The translations under genes were made by a program, and so were the position numbers. Of a DNA stretch of 32,318 bases, positions 18,971 to 28,775 are shown one piece after another. The stretch lies in the NCBI GenBank assembly GCA_016776525.1, contig JADHTD010000002.1, positions 1 through 32,318 on the forward strand, written 5' to 3'. The DNA is from Rhodospirillales bacterium. Its GTDB lineage: Bacteria; Pseudomonadota; Alphaproteobacteria; Rhodospirillales; JADHTD01. The notes beneath the pieces were generated by a model. It was not told the origin of the DNA. It did not search any database and saw only the letters and a list, made by a program, of their open reading frames with translations. Positions within the stretch are counted from its first letter, which is position 1, and the number at the start of each line of letters is the position of its first letter.

Positions 18971-21900
18971 ATGCCCGATAAGCAAATGCAAACCGTCGAC
19001 GGGAACGAAGCCGTCGCATCTGTCGCCCACCGCCTTAACGAGGTGGCGGTTATCTATCCGATTACACCGTCCTCGACTATGGGCGAACTGGCTGACGACT
19101 GGTCGATGCACGGCCACAAGAATATCTGGGGCAACATCCCCGACGTCATTGAAATGCAATCCGAAGGCGGCGCCGCCGGTGCCGTTCACGGCTCGTTGCA
19201 GAACGGCGCCCTGACCACCACCTTCACGGCCAGCCAGGGCCTGTTGCTGATGATCCCCAACATGTACAAAGTGGCCGGCGAATTGACGGCGTACTGCATG
19301 CATGTCTCGGCCCGCACCCTGGCCACCCATGCGCTGTCGATTTTCGGCGACCATTCCGACGTCATGGCCTGCCGCCAGACCGGCTTTGCCATGCTGTCGT
19401 CCAATTCCGTTCAGGAAGCCCACGACATGGCCTGCATCGCGCAAGCCGCGACCCTGCAATCCCGTGTCCCGTTCATGCATTTCTTCGACGGCTTTAGGAC
19501 CAGCCACGAAGTCTCCAAATACGAACACCTTTCCGACGACGACCTGCGGGCCATGGTCGACGAAGACTGGATATCCCAGCACCGTAAGCGGGCGCTGAGC
19601 CCCGACCGGCCGGTGATCCGCGGCACGGCGCAGAACCCAGATGCCTTTTTCCAGGCCCGCGAGGCCTGCAACCCGTTCTATGAAGCCTGTCCCGGCATCG
19701 TCTCCGAGGTTATGGACCGCTTCGCCAAGGTTACCGGCCGCCAGTACGGCCTGGTCGATTATGTCGGCCACCCGGAAGCCGAACATGTCGTCGTGATGAT
19801 GGGGTCCGGCGCCGAAGCCGCCCATGAAACGGTCGATTACCTGGTTGACAAGGGCGAACGGGTCGGCCTGCTCAAGGTCCGCCTGTTCCGGCCCTTCCCG
19901 ATGGCCGACCTGGTCACCGCACTGCCGGAAACGGTACGCTCGATCGGCGTCCTCGACCGCACCAAGGAACCGGGCGCCGCCGGCGAGCCGCTTTACCTTG
20001 AAGTGGTCACCTCGCTCAATGAATCCATGCAAAGTCCTGCCCCCCGCTTCGCCCAGATGCCCATCGTCACCGGTGGGCGGTATGGTCTGTCATCGAAGGA
20101 ATTCACTCCGGCGATGGTCAAGGCGGTTTACGACAACATCGCCGGCAACGATCCAAAACGGCGCTTTACCGTCGGCATCAACGACGATGTGACGGGCTTG
20201 TCCCTGCCCTACGACGCCGACTTCACCGTCGAACCCGACGATGTTGTCCGCGCCGTTTTCTACGGCCTGGGAGCCGACGGTACGGTTGGCGCCAACAAAA
20301 ACTCGATCAAGATCATCGCCGAGAACACGGACAGCTACGCACAGGCCTATTTCGTCTATGATTCCAAGAAATCGGGGGCCATTACCGTCTCCCACCTGCG
20401 GTTCAGTCCGCGGCTGATCCAGTCCACCTACCAGATCGAGACTGCCAGCTTCGTTGCCTGCCACCAGTTCAATTTCCTGGAACGCTATGACGTTCTGGAA
20501 AAGGCCGCTGATGGCGCCACCTTCCTGCTCAATGCCCATCATCCCGCCGATGAAGTCTGGGATCACCTGCCGAATGAAATTCAGCAAGCCATTATTGAGA
20601 AGAACATCAAGGTCTACGTTATCGACGCCTCCAAAGTGGCCAAAGATGCCGGCATGGGGCGGCGCATCAACACCATCATGCAGACCTGTTTCTTCGCCAT
20701 TTCCGGCGTGCTGGAACGTGACGAGGCGATCGGCCAGATCAAGAAGGCGATTGAGAAGACCTACGGCCGCAAGAGCCAGGAACTGGTGGACTCCAACTTT
20801 GCCGCCGTCGACGCGGCGCTGGCCCACCTGCATGAAATGAAAGTGCCCAAGGACGCCTCGTCGAAGCTCTACCGGTTGCCCCCGGTTCCCGACCATGCTC
20901 CGGACTTCGTCAAGCAGGTCACCGGCATGATGCTGGCCGGCAAGGGCGACCTGTTACCGGTCAGCGCATTCCCGGTGGACGGCACCTGGCCGGTCGGCAC
21001 CACGCAATATGAAAAACGCAACATCACCGAGGAAATCCCGGTCTGGGACGAAAAGCTCTGCATCCAGTGCAACAAATGCATGATGGTCTGCCCGCATGCG
21101 GCCATCCGTCTGAAGATCACCGAACCGGCTAATCTGAAGAAGGCGCCGAAAACCTTCAAATCGGTACCTTTCCACGGCAAGGAATTCCCGGATCAGAGTT
21201 ACCTGTTGCAGGTCGCTCCGGAGGATTGCACCGGTTGCACGTTGTGCGTCGAAGTTTGCCCGGCCAAGGATAAGGCCAACCCGCAGCGCAAATCTTTGGA
21301 GATGCAGCCGCAACGCCCGATCCGCGATCAGGAACGGGAGAATTATGACTTCTTCCTGAACCTTCCCGAAACGGACCGCACGACGGTTCCCATGGTTGCC
21401 AAATTCTCGCAAGTGCTGCAGCCGCTCTTCGAATACTCCGGGGCTTGCTCCGGTTGCGGCGAAACGCCGTATATTAAGCTGGTCACGCAGTTGTTCGGCG
21501 ACCGCACGATTATCGCCAACGCTACCGGTTGTTCGTCGATCTACGGCGGCAGCCTGCCGACCACACCCTATACCACCAACCCCGAAGGCCGCGGTCCGGC
21601 CTGGGCCAACTCGCTGTTCGAGGATAACGCCGAATTCGGCCTCGGCATGCGGCTTGCCGTCGACCATCAGGAAGCCCATGCCAAGGAACTGGTCAAGGCC
21701 TTGTCCGGCGACATCGGCGACGATCTGGTCACGGCCATTATCAACGCCGAACAAAATGACGAGACCGGCATCAGAGACCAGCGGGAACGGATCGCCGCCC
21801 TGCACCAGAAACTGGCCGGTAACAATAGTCCGGAAGCCAAACGCCTGGATGATCTAGCCGATTATCTGGTGCGCAAGAGCATCTGGATCGTCGGCGGTGA

Positions 21901-22555
21901 CGGCTGGGCCTACGACATCGGCTATGGGGGCCTCGACCACGTGCTGAGCACGGACCGGGACGTCAATATCCTGGTTATGGATACCGAGGTCTATTCCAAC
22001 ACCGGTGGTCAGCAATCGAAAGCGACGCCGCTGGGCGCCGCCGCCAAGTTCGCCATGGCTGGAAGGCCAATCCCGAAAAAGAACCTCGGCATGGAAGCCA
22101 TGGCCTACGGTCATGTCTACGTCGCTTCGGTTGCCATGGGCGCCAAGGATGCCCAGGTGGTGCGTGCCTTTACGGAGGCCGAATCCTACCGCGGTCCGTC
22201 GCTGATCATCGCCTACAGCCACTGTATCGCCCACGGTTATGATCTGTCCCATGGCCTGACCCAGCAGAAGCTGGCCGTCGACTCCGGCCATTGGTCGCTG
22301 TACCGGTCCGACCCACGGTTGATGGCGGAAGGCAAGCCGCCGTTGCAAATGGACTCCGGCGCGCCGAAGACGCCGCTTGGCGAATTCATGCGTCACGAGG
22401 CCCGTTTCCGCATCGTCGAACGCCAAGATCCTGAACGCTATAAGATGCTGTTGAAGGCGGCTGAGAAAAACGCCAAGCTGCGCCACGATCTCTACAAATA
22501 CATGGCCGGCTTCAGCGAACCTGTTGAAGATGATGATCAGGAGGCCGCGGAATGA
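18971..22555 (+). CDS. nifJ: pyruvate:ferredoxin (flavodoxin) oxidoreductase
   Basis: About 1194 aa. Start MPDKQMQTVDGNEA, 2x[4Fe-4S] CIQCNKCMMVCP / CTGCTLCVEVCP, TPP motif GGDGWAYDIGYGG. The track ORF begins 30 nt upstream, at 18941. Confidence 0.92.
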   Translation: MPDKQMQTVDGNEAVASVAHRLNEVAVIYPITPSSTMGELADDWSMHGHKNIWGNIPDVIEMQSEGGAAGAVHGSLQNGALTTTFTASQGLLLMIPNMYKVAGELTAYCMHVSARTLATHALSIFGDHSDVMACRQTGFAMLSSNSVQEAHDMACIAQAATLQSRVPFMHFFDGFRTSHEVSKYEHLSDDDLRAMVDEDWISQHRKRALSPDRPVIRGTAQNPDAFFQAREACNPFYEACPGIVSEVMDRFAKVTGRQYGLVDYVGHPEAEHVVVMMGSGAEAAHETVDYLVDKGERVGLLKVRLFRPFPMADLVTALPETVRSIGVLDRTKEPGAAGEPLYLEVVTSLNESMQSPAPRFAQMPIVTGGRYGLSSKEFTPAMVKAVYDNIAGNDPKRRFTVGINDDVTGLSLPYDADFTVEPDDVVRAVFYGLGADGTVGANKNSIKIIAENTDSYAQAYFVYDSKKSGAITVSHLRFSPRLIQSTYQIETASFVACHQFNFLERYDVLEKAADGATFLLNAHHPADEVWDHLPNEIQQAIIEKNIKVYVIDASKVAKDAGMGRRINTIMQTCFFAISGVLERDEAIGQIKKAIEKTYGRKSQELVDSNFAAVDAALAHLHEMKVPKDASSKLYRLPPVPDHAPDFVKQVTGMMLAGKGDLLPVSAFPVDGTWPVGTTQYEKRNITEEIPVWDEKLCIQCNKCMMVCPHAAIRLKITEPANLKKAPKTFKSVPFHGKEFPDQSYLLQVAPEDCTGCTLCVEVCPAKDKANPQRKSLEMQPQRPIRDQERENYDFFLNLPETDRTTVPMVAKFSQVLQPLFEYSGACSGCGETPYIKLVTQLFGDRTIIANATGCSSIYGGSLPTTPYTTNPEGRGPAWANSLFEDNAEFGLGMRLAVDHQEAHAKELVKALSGDIGDDLVTAIINAEQNDETGIRDQRERIAALHQKLAGNNSPEAKRLDDLADYLVRKSIWIVGGDGWAYDIGYGGLDHVLSTDRDVNILVMDTEVYSNTGGQQSKATPLGAAAKFAMAGRPIPKKNLGMEAMAYGHVYVASVAMGAKDAQVVRAFTEAESYRGPSLIIAYSHCIAHGYDLSHGLTQQKLAVDSGHWSLYRSDPRLMAEGKPPLQMDSGAPKTPLGEFMRHEARFRIVERQDPERYKMLLKAAEKNAKLRHDLYKYMAGFSEPVEDDDQEAAE

Positions 22556-22616
22556 CCCCCCAACAACAAACCCATCGGCCGTCTGAGCCAAGACACGAAA
22601 ATAACAGGAGGTAAGC

Positions 22617-23609
22617 ATGTATCTTTCAACCACCTATCTTGGCTTGAAACTGCCCCATCCGTTCATGGCGGGCGCCTCACCGCTCTCCGGGGATATGGAT
22701 AAAGTCCGCCAATTGGAAGATGCCGGAGCCTCCGCCATTGTCCTGCCCTCGTTGTTCGAGGAACAGATCAACCAGGACAAGAAACTGACCTATCACGTCA
22801 TGGAAACCTTCGGTGACTCGTACGGCGAGGCGCTCAGCTATTTCCCCGATCCGGAGAATATGAAGCTTGGCCCCCATCATTACGCAGACCATTTACGTAA
22901 GGTGAAGGAAGCTGTCGACGTCCCGGTCATCGCCTCGCTAAACGGGGTTTCCGACGCCGGTTGGCTGGATCATGCGAAACTGATGCAGGGGGCCGGGGCC
23001 GACGCCCTTGAAATCAATTTCTATTTCGTCGCCACCGACCTCGATGAAAACGGGCAAACGGCGGAAGATAACCTTATGCACATCGTCCAGCACGTCAAAC
23101 AGGCGGTGAGCATCCCGATCGCCGTCAAGCTGTCGCCGTTTTTCTCATCATTTTCCAACATTGGCCATAAATTGGACTTGGCGGGTGTCGACGGCCTGAT
23201 CCTGTTCAACAGGTTCTTCCAGCCCGACATTGATATCGAGGAAATCGAGATCAAGCCGACCCTGCACCTGTCGGACTCCACGGAATTGCCCTTGCGGCTG
23301 GCCTGGTTGGGAATCCTGGCAGGCCGGGTTAAAGCATCGCTGGCCGTCACCGGCGGCGTGCATACCGTCGAAGACGCCATCAAGTCCATCATGTGCGGCG
23401 CCGACGCCGTGCAGATGGTTTCGGCGCTGCTGAAGCACGGCCCCGGACACCTGCGCGAAACCCGCGACGGCGTCGAACAATGGTTCGAGGAACATGCCTA
23501 CGAGTCCCTGTCGCAAGCCAAGGGCAGCTTAAGCCTGGAGAAGGCACCGGATCCGGCGGCCTATCAGCGAGCCAATTACATGCGGTTGCTGCATAGCTGG
23601 CGAATGTAG
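22617..23609 (+). CDS. dihydroorotate dehydrogenase-like (PyrD-fold, TIM-barrel flavoprotein) protein
   Basis: AGGAGG RBS. N-terminus YLGLKLPHPFMAGASPLS and later KLSPFF...GLILFNRF fit a class-1 DHOD-like fold. Lies 61 nt downstream of nifJ. Confidence 0.7.
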   Translation: MYLSTTYLGLKLPHPFMAGASPLSGDMDKVRQLEDAGASAIVLPSLFEEQINQDKKLTYHVMETFGDSYGEALSYFPDPENMKLGPHHYADHLRKVKEAVDVPVIASLNGVSDAGWLDHAKLMQGAGADALEINFYFVATDLDENGQTAEDNLMHIVQHVKQAVSIPIAVKLSPFFSSFSNIGHKLDLAGVDGLILFNRFFQPDIDIEEIEIKPTLHLSDSTELPLRLAWLGILAGRVKASLAVTGGVHTVEDAIKSIMCGADAVQMVSALLKHGPGHLRETRDGVEQWFEEHAYESLSQAKGSLSLEKAPDPAAYQRANYMRLLHSWRM

Positions 23610-23615
23610 GCGTAA

Positions 23616-23659
23616 AGCCGGAACGGGCGCACTTTTAGAGCCGGAACGGGCGGATTTAG
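23616..23659. repeat. tandem direct repeat AGCCGGAACGGGCG(C/G)A..TTTAG x2
   Basis: 23616-23638 and 23639-23659 are adjacent near-identical units. A partial third AGCCGG follows at about 23682. Confidence 0.7.
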
Positions 23660-23711
23660 AGGCCTCACCGGCAAAGGCAGAGCCGGTTTCATCCCATCAG
23701 AATCATTGGTC

Positions 23712-23725
23712 TTGATGTTTATCAG
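23712..23725. promoter_or_regulatory. FNR/Crp-type box TTGAT-GTTT-ATCAG upstream of korA
   Basis: 9/10 match to TTGAT-N4-ATCAA. A weak -10 candidate TATTAG at 23748-23753 sits at class-II-like spacing. Confidence 0.55.
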
Positions 23726-23918
23726 GTAATTCGGTACCATTTTACCGTATTAGCTGTTGCCAGAGGACTATAAAATTGTTTAGGTGCCGAATTAGAGCGC
23801 CCCAAACCTGCCGCCAGCCGAAAATAACCAGTCAATCCAATGAACAACTGTGTTATTCCCAAATCAGCATGGTATGTTTGCAAAAGACGAGATAAGACGG
23901 CCGCCGGGAGGCCAGAGA

Positions 23919-25649
23919 ATGACCAAAAACAACACATTAACCGATACTGTTTCCATCGCCCTGACGGGTAGTGGCGGCGCCGGAGTGGTCACCGCCGGGC
24001 AGATGCTGGTGCAGGCCGCCGCCAATGCCGGTTGCTACGGCCTGATGGTGCGGTCCTCCGGCCCGCAGATCCGGGGCGGTGAGTCGGCGGCCTATGTCCG
24101 CCTGGGCAGCGATCAGGTCGATAACCTGGGTGACGCCTTCGATATTATGTTCGCCGTCGACTGGTTGAACGTCGAACGCTTCATTGCCGAAATCCCCCTG
24201 TCCGAAAACAGTCTGGTGATTTGCGATGCCGAGGCCGGCGATGTGCCCGACGTCATTACCGCCACCGGCGCCAAAATCGCCGCCCTGCCTTTGCAGAAGA
24301 CGGCCGCCGAAACCAAGGGTGGGCGGCCGAACATGGTCGGCCTGGGTATCCTGGCCGCCCTCATCGGCATTGCCGACGAGGCGGTGGAGGGAACCCTGGA
24401 AAAAGTACTCGGACGCAAGGGCAGCGAAGCCATGGCGTCCAGCCGCGACTGTGTGCATGCGGGCCGGGAACTGGCCCGGGATATCTCCCAGGACGGCGTT
24501 ACCCTCCAGGCCCAAGACAACGATGCTGAACGGTGGACCATCACCGGCAACGAAATGGCCGGGCTGGGCGCACTGCGCGGCGGTGTCCGCTTTGTCGCCG
24601 CCTATCCCATCACGCCGGCGACGGAAGTCCTCGAATGGCTGGCCCCGAACCTGGCCAAGGTTGGCGGTTCCCTGGTCCAGGCGGAAGACGAACTGGCCTC
24701 CATCAATATGGCCATTGGCGGCTCCTTCGGCGGCATACCCTCACTGACGGCGACATCCGGGCCGGGCCTGGCCCTGATGATGGAAAGTTTCGGACTGGCC
24801 CTGGCTTCGGAAACCCCCGTCGTCATCATCAACGTCATGCGTGGTGGACCGTCCACCGGCATCCCCACCAAATCCGAACAAAGCGACCTCAATATTGCCG
24901 TCTACGGCATGCATGGCGACGCCCCGCACATCACGACGGCGGCGACTTCGGTCAGCGACTGTCTGTTCACTACCCAGTGGACTGTGCACTTGGCGGAAGC
25001 CCTGCAATGCCCGGCCATTGTGCTGACCGACCAATCCCTGGGACAGACCCGGGCCATCGTCAATAAACCCGCCGACCTGGCCTTCATCGCCAAACGGGAA
25101 ACCATGGCCGAAGGGACGGAAAACTACCGGCGCTATGCGGTGACCGCGTCCGGCGTCTCACCGATGTCGATCCCCGGCATGGCGGACGGCACCTATGTCG
25201 CCGACGGCCTTGAACACAATCCCCGGGGCACACCGACCAGTCAGGCCGAGGACCATTCCGATCAATTGGACAAACGCCAGAGGAAACTCGACACATACGA
25301 TTTCGGCGACCATTGGGCGGAAATCTTAGGTGACGGCGAGACTGCCATTGTCACCTGGGGGTCGTGCACCGGCCCGGCCCGCGAGGCCTGCGAGCAAGCC
25401 GCCGCCGACGGCCTGGACGTTAAGCTGATCTCACTGCGTCTGCTGGCCCCGGCCCAGACGGACCGTTTCCAGGAGGCCATCAAGGGCGTCAAACGGATGC
25501 TGGTCGTCGAACAAACCCATTCACAACAATTCTACAAATACCTCCGCGCCCACTATGACCTGCCGGACGACGTCAAGGTTTTCAACCAACCCGGTCCTCT
25601 TCCGGTGCGTCCGGGACTGGTTCACGAACAACTCAAAAGCTGGAGCTGA
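23919..25649 (+). CDS. korA: 2-oxoacid:ferredoxin oxidoreductase subunit alpha (fused gamma-alpha)
   Basis: The ATG at 23919 follows GGGAGG. N-terminal gamma-like domain (IALTGSGGAGVVTAG) is followed by the alpha domain (AAYPITPATE, LTATSGPGLALM). Confidence 0.88.
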   Translation: MTKNNTLTDTVSIALTGSGGAGVVTAGQMLVQAAANAGCYGLMVRSSGPQIRGGESAAYVRLGSDQVDNLGDAFDIMFAVDWLNVERFIAEIPLSENSLVICDAEAGDVPDVITATGAKIAALPLQKTAAETKGGRPNMVGLGILAALIGIADEAVEGTLEKVLGRKGSEAMASSRDCVHAGRELARDISQDGVTLQAQDNDAERWTITGNEMAGLGALRGGVRFVAAYPITPATEVLEWLAPNLAKVGGSLVQAEDELASINMAIGGSFGGIPSLTATSGPGLALMMESFGLALASETPVVIINVMRGGPSTGIPTKSEQSDLNIAVYGMHGDAPHITTAATSVSDCLFTTQWTVHLAEALQCPAIVLTDQSLGQTRAIVNKPADLAFIAKRETMAEGTENYRRYAVTASGVSPMSIPGMADGTYVADGLEHNPRGTPTSQAEDHSDQLDKRQRKLDTYDFGDHWAEILGDGETAIVTWGSCTGPAREACEQAAADGLDVKLISLRLLAPAQTDRFQEAIKGVKRMLVVEQTHSQQFYKYLRAHYDLPDDVKVFNQPGPLPVRPGLVHEQLKSWS

Positions 25650-25654
25650 TTCAG

Positions 25655-26491
25655 ATGGCTGATACAAGTGAAGCCCCCCGCCTGACATTCCGGTCTTACA
25701 AGTCCGATTACAAACCGGTCTGGTGCCCGGGCTGCGGCGACTTCTCGGTTCTGAATTCGATCCTCAAGGCGTTGACGGAACTGCAGGTCAAACCCGAAGA
25801 CACGGCGATTATCTCCGGCATTGGCTGTTCATCCCGCATCCCGGCCTACACCAGCGTCTACGGTTTCCACGGCGTGCATGGCCGGGCCCTGGCCCTGGCC
25901 TCGGGCCTCAAACTGGCCCGGCCGGATTTGACGGTGCTGGCCACCGGCGGCGACGGAGACGGCTTTTCCATCGGTGGCAACCATTTCATGCATGCCTGCC
26001 GCCGCAACGTCGATATGACCTATATCGTTATGGACAATCAGGTCTACGGCATGACCAAAGGCCAGGCCTCGCCGACGACGGCACCGGAATGGGAAGGCAG
26101 CAAGCTGACGCCCCAGGGTACCGGCATCAATCCCTTCCAACCGCTGGCCATTGCCCTCGCCGCCGGCGCCAACTTCATCGGCCGGGGCTTCGCCGCCGAC
26201 CAGAACGGCGTCGCCAAACTGATTACCGAAGGCGTCCGCCACCCCGGTTTCTCCTTCATCCAGGTGCTCAGCCCGTGTGTTACCTTCCGCCCGGAACAGC
26301 GTGACTGGCGCGATATCGTGCGCCCGGCGCCGGTGGAACCGACCTCCAATCTGAGCACGGCCGGCAAACGGTTGATGGGCGACGATGGTTTCAACACCGG
26401 CGTGCTTTTTATCGGCAACCGGCCGTCTTATGTGGCCGAAAGCGGCGGCGGCACTGATCTGGCGGAAATCGAGAAAAGCTTCGCCCTGTAG
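25655..26491 (+). CDS. korB: 2-oxoacid:ferredoxin oxidoreductase subunit beta (TPP-binding)
   Basis: WCPGCGDFSVL and GGDGDGFSIGGNH motifs. Lies 5 nt after korA. Confidence 0.9.
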   Translation: MADTSEAPRLTFRSYKSDYKPVWCPGCGDFSVLNSILKALTELQVKPEDTAIISGIGCSSRIPAYTSVYGFHGVHGRALALASGLKLARPDLTVLATGGDGDGFSIGGNHFMHACRRNVDMTYIVMDNQVYGMTKGQASPTTAPEWEGSKLTPQGTGINPFQPLAIALAAGANFIGRGFAADQNGVAKLITEGVRHPGFSFIQVLSPCVTFRPEQRDWRDIVRPAPVEPTSNLSTAGKRLMGDDGFNTGVLFIGNRPSYVAESGGGTDLAEIEKSFAL

Positions 26492-26754
26492 CATCATTAT
26501 TCCGGATTGCGTTCAATCCTTGCTTTACTTTGGGGGACGGGTGCGTTTCAGTGCCGCTGTCCCGATCAGCCGGATACCTAATATTCGGCCGGGATATGTT
26601 ATTACCGGATAAAATTCATTTCCTCCCGACTGCTTCTCTAACTGGATGATCTGAACAAATACTGTTTATAATACGCCCCGGGCTTCATATGGGAGGAAGC
26701 CCCTGTACACCATAAGAGCCCTACTTTAAGAAGCTGGTGCAACCGGGACCGCTA

Positions 26755-27450
26755 ATGGCAACACTTGACGAAAAAGACCTGGAAATCGTTCGCCGGTCGC
26801 CGTTGTTCGAAAACATTCCGAACAACGCCCTCCGGCACCTTCTGTCGGATTCCTATATTATCGAGGAAACGCGGGGCAAGCTGTTGTTCCTGCGCAGCGA
26901 ACCGGCGGAAAAATTCTACCTGCTGCTGGACGGCTGGGTGAAGGTTTTTCGGGACAATGCGGAAGGTGAACAAACAGTCATTGCCATCATGAAGCCCGGT
27001 GAAACGGTTGCCGAAGCCGCCATCTTCCTGGGCCAGGATTACCCGGCCAGCTGCGAGGTCGTGGACAGCGCCCGGCTTCTGGAAATTCCCGCAGCCCCGT
27101 TCCTCACCCTGCTGCGCAAAGACGGTGACCTAGCCATTAAGATGCTGGCCAACCTGTCCCAGCGGCTCCGCCACCTAGTCCTGCACATCGAACAGCTTCA
27201 GGCCAACTCGACCCAGCAGCGCCTCGGCCAATTCCTGCTCGGCCTGTGCGACGCTAAGGAAGGTAGCGCGACCATCAAACTGCCTTACGATAAATCCCTG
27301 GTCGCCGCCCGCCTCGGCATGAAACCGGAAAGCCTGTCCCGCGCCCTGGCCAAACTGCGGTCCCTGGATGTGATGACCAACGGCAACATTATTGAACTGG
27401 GCGATATCGCCGGGTTACAGGAATTCTGCCGCAGCGAAGACGATGAATAA
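26755..27450 (+). CDS. Crp/Fnr-family transcriptional regulator (no N-terminal Cys cluster; Dnr/NnrR-like)
   Basis: cNMP-binding-like domain plus a C-terminal HTH with the E--SR recognition motif (KPESLSRALAKL). Lacks the FNR CxxCxxxxxC cluster. The track ORF starts at GTG 26737. Confidence 0.8.
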   Translation: MATLDEKDLEIVRRSPLFENIPNNALRHLLSDSYIIEETRGKLLFLRSEPAEKFYLLLDGWVKVFRDNAEGEQTVIAIMKPGETVAEAAIFLGQDYPASCEVVDSARLLEIPAAPFLTLLRKDGDLAIKMLANLSQRLRHLVLHIEQLQANSTQQRLGQFLLGLCDAKEGSATIKLPYDKSLVAARLGMKPESLSRALAKLRSLDVMTNGNIIELGDIAGLQEFCRSEDDE

Positions 27451-27474
27451 CCGCCCTTAACCCTATGTCAGACG

Positions 27475-28746
27475 TCAGCCATCCATCCCGTCCGTCCTCG
27501 GCCCGGTCAGGATCGGCCAGTACACAATTGTGAAAAAGGCGAAGCCCGCCGTCCACAGGCCGCCGGCAGTCATGACGATCTGATTATAGGGAAAATTCAC
27601 GGCCATCGGCCCGAAGACCCTGACAACAGCGGCCAGGGTGACGGCCAGATAAGCCGCCGTGATCCATTTTGAAACAACCAGATCCCGTCCGGTGTGGCCC
27701 AGGGCGGCCCGGCTCATCATGGCCAGGGTCATGGTGCCGATGCCCCCCACCGTAAAAGCGTGGAAGGCGATTCCTTCCGGCGGAAACCCGGACAACGCGG
27801 ACAGTCCCTTAACGGCAAAACCGACCGGCAGCCACAGATACCCGGCGTGCAGCACCCAGACGATCGGCTCGCCCAGGATTTTGCTGCTATGCCACTGGCG
27901 CATCCGCAACAGCAGCAGAACGGCCGCCAACAAGGACAAACCGCCGTTAATCGGACCTCCAACACCAGCCAGATCGGCAATGGCGGCGATGAGCAGGAAC
28001 AGCAAAGCCAGTTTATCGATCAGGGGATGGGTTTTGACCTCGGCTTCAATGCCCCGGCGGAAGAGGCTGTTGGCGGTAAAGCTCGGCACCACCCGGCCGC
28101 CGATGACGGCGATCATCAGGGCGAACAGGTAAATGCCCATGTGCAAGCCGGTGCGCGCCGTCTGCAGGCCGAAGCCGAGGAATTCAAGATGAATGAGAAG
28201 ATTGGCGACGAAATGCAAGGCCAACAGGGCCGGGAAAATATAGTTGCGTTTCTGTCCGACCGACACGATCTGAGCGACGGCGACGCCACCCAAGACCGGG
28301 ATGAACGCCAAATCGATCAGCGACACCAGCAACAGCGGCAGGCTGCCGGACGACCAGAAGGCAATCCGCCCGGCCAGCCATAAGCCGACCAGGAAGGCCA
28401 GCATCCGGCCTTTTACCGGCGTACTGCCGGTCCAGCTAGGGACTGCCGTCAGCAGGAAACCGCTGACCGCCGCCATGCCGAAACCATAGAGCATCTCATG
28501 GCCGTGCCAGAGCGACGGCGGCAGGCTGGATGCAAAGGTGATGCGGCCGCTGTAAAAGACCAGCCAGAATAAGACAGCCGCCACGGCATAAAACCCGGCC
28601 AACAGGAAGAACGGCCTGAAGCCATACTTGAACAAGATCAAGCCGCCGGACTTTTCCTGACTCTGTTCTCCGTTCCCCGCTAACGGATTACCCTGACTGT
28701 CGATCGTATTAGCCCCCGCCTGTTTTTTGTTTTTACGCCTTTTCAA
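27475..28746 (-). CDS. nnrS: NnrS family haem-copper membrane protein
   Basis: FKYGFRPFFLLAG N-terminal signature and a multi-TM body. The longest ORF starts with TTG at 28746. The in-frame TTG at 28641 (LILFKYGFRPFF) is a likelier start given the FNR-box position. Confidence 0.85.
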   Translation of the reverse strand: MKRRKNKKQAGANTIDSQGNPLAGNGEQSQEKSGGLILFKYGFRPFFLLAGFYAVAAVLFWLVFYSGRITFASSLPPSLWHGHEMLYGFGMAAVSGFLLTAVPSWTGSTPVKGRMLAFLVGLWLAGRIAFWSSGSLPLLLVSLIDLAFIPVLGGVAVAQIVSVGQKRNYIFPALLALHFVANLLIHLEFLGFGLQTARTGLHMGIYLFALMIAVIGGRVVPSFTANSLFRRGIEAEVKTHPLIDKLALLFLLIAAIADLAGVGGPINGGLSLLAAVLLLLRMRQWHSSKILGEPIVWVLHAGYLWLPVGFAVKGLSALSGFPPEGIAFHAFTVGGIGTMTLAMMSRAALGHTGRDLVVSKWITAAYLAVTLAAVVRVFGPMAVNFPYNQIVMTAGGLWTAGFAFFTIVYWPILTGPRTDGMDG

Positions 28747-28775
28747 AAATCTACCGGTACGGTAACCGGGCCGTC

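Noticed and set aside
23722-23937. 71-aa minus-strand ORF in the korA upstream region, and the long korA start at 23850.
   Set aside because: It has no RBS and poor coding composition, and it overlaps the korA leader and FNR-type box. The ATG at 23919, preceded by GGGAGG, gives a canonical KorA N-terminus.
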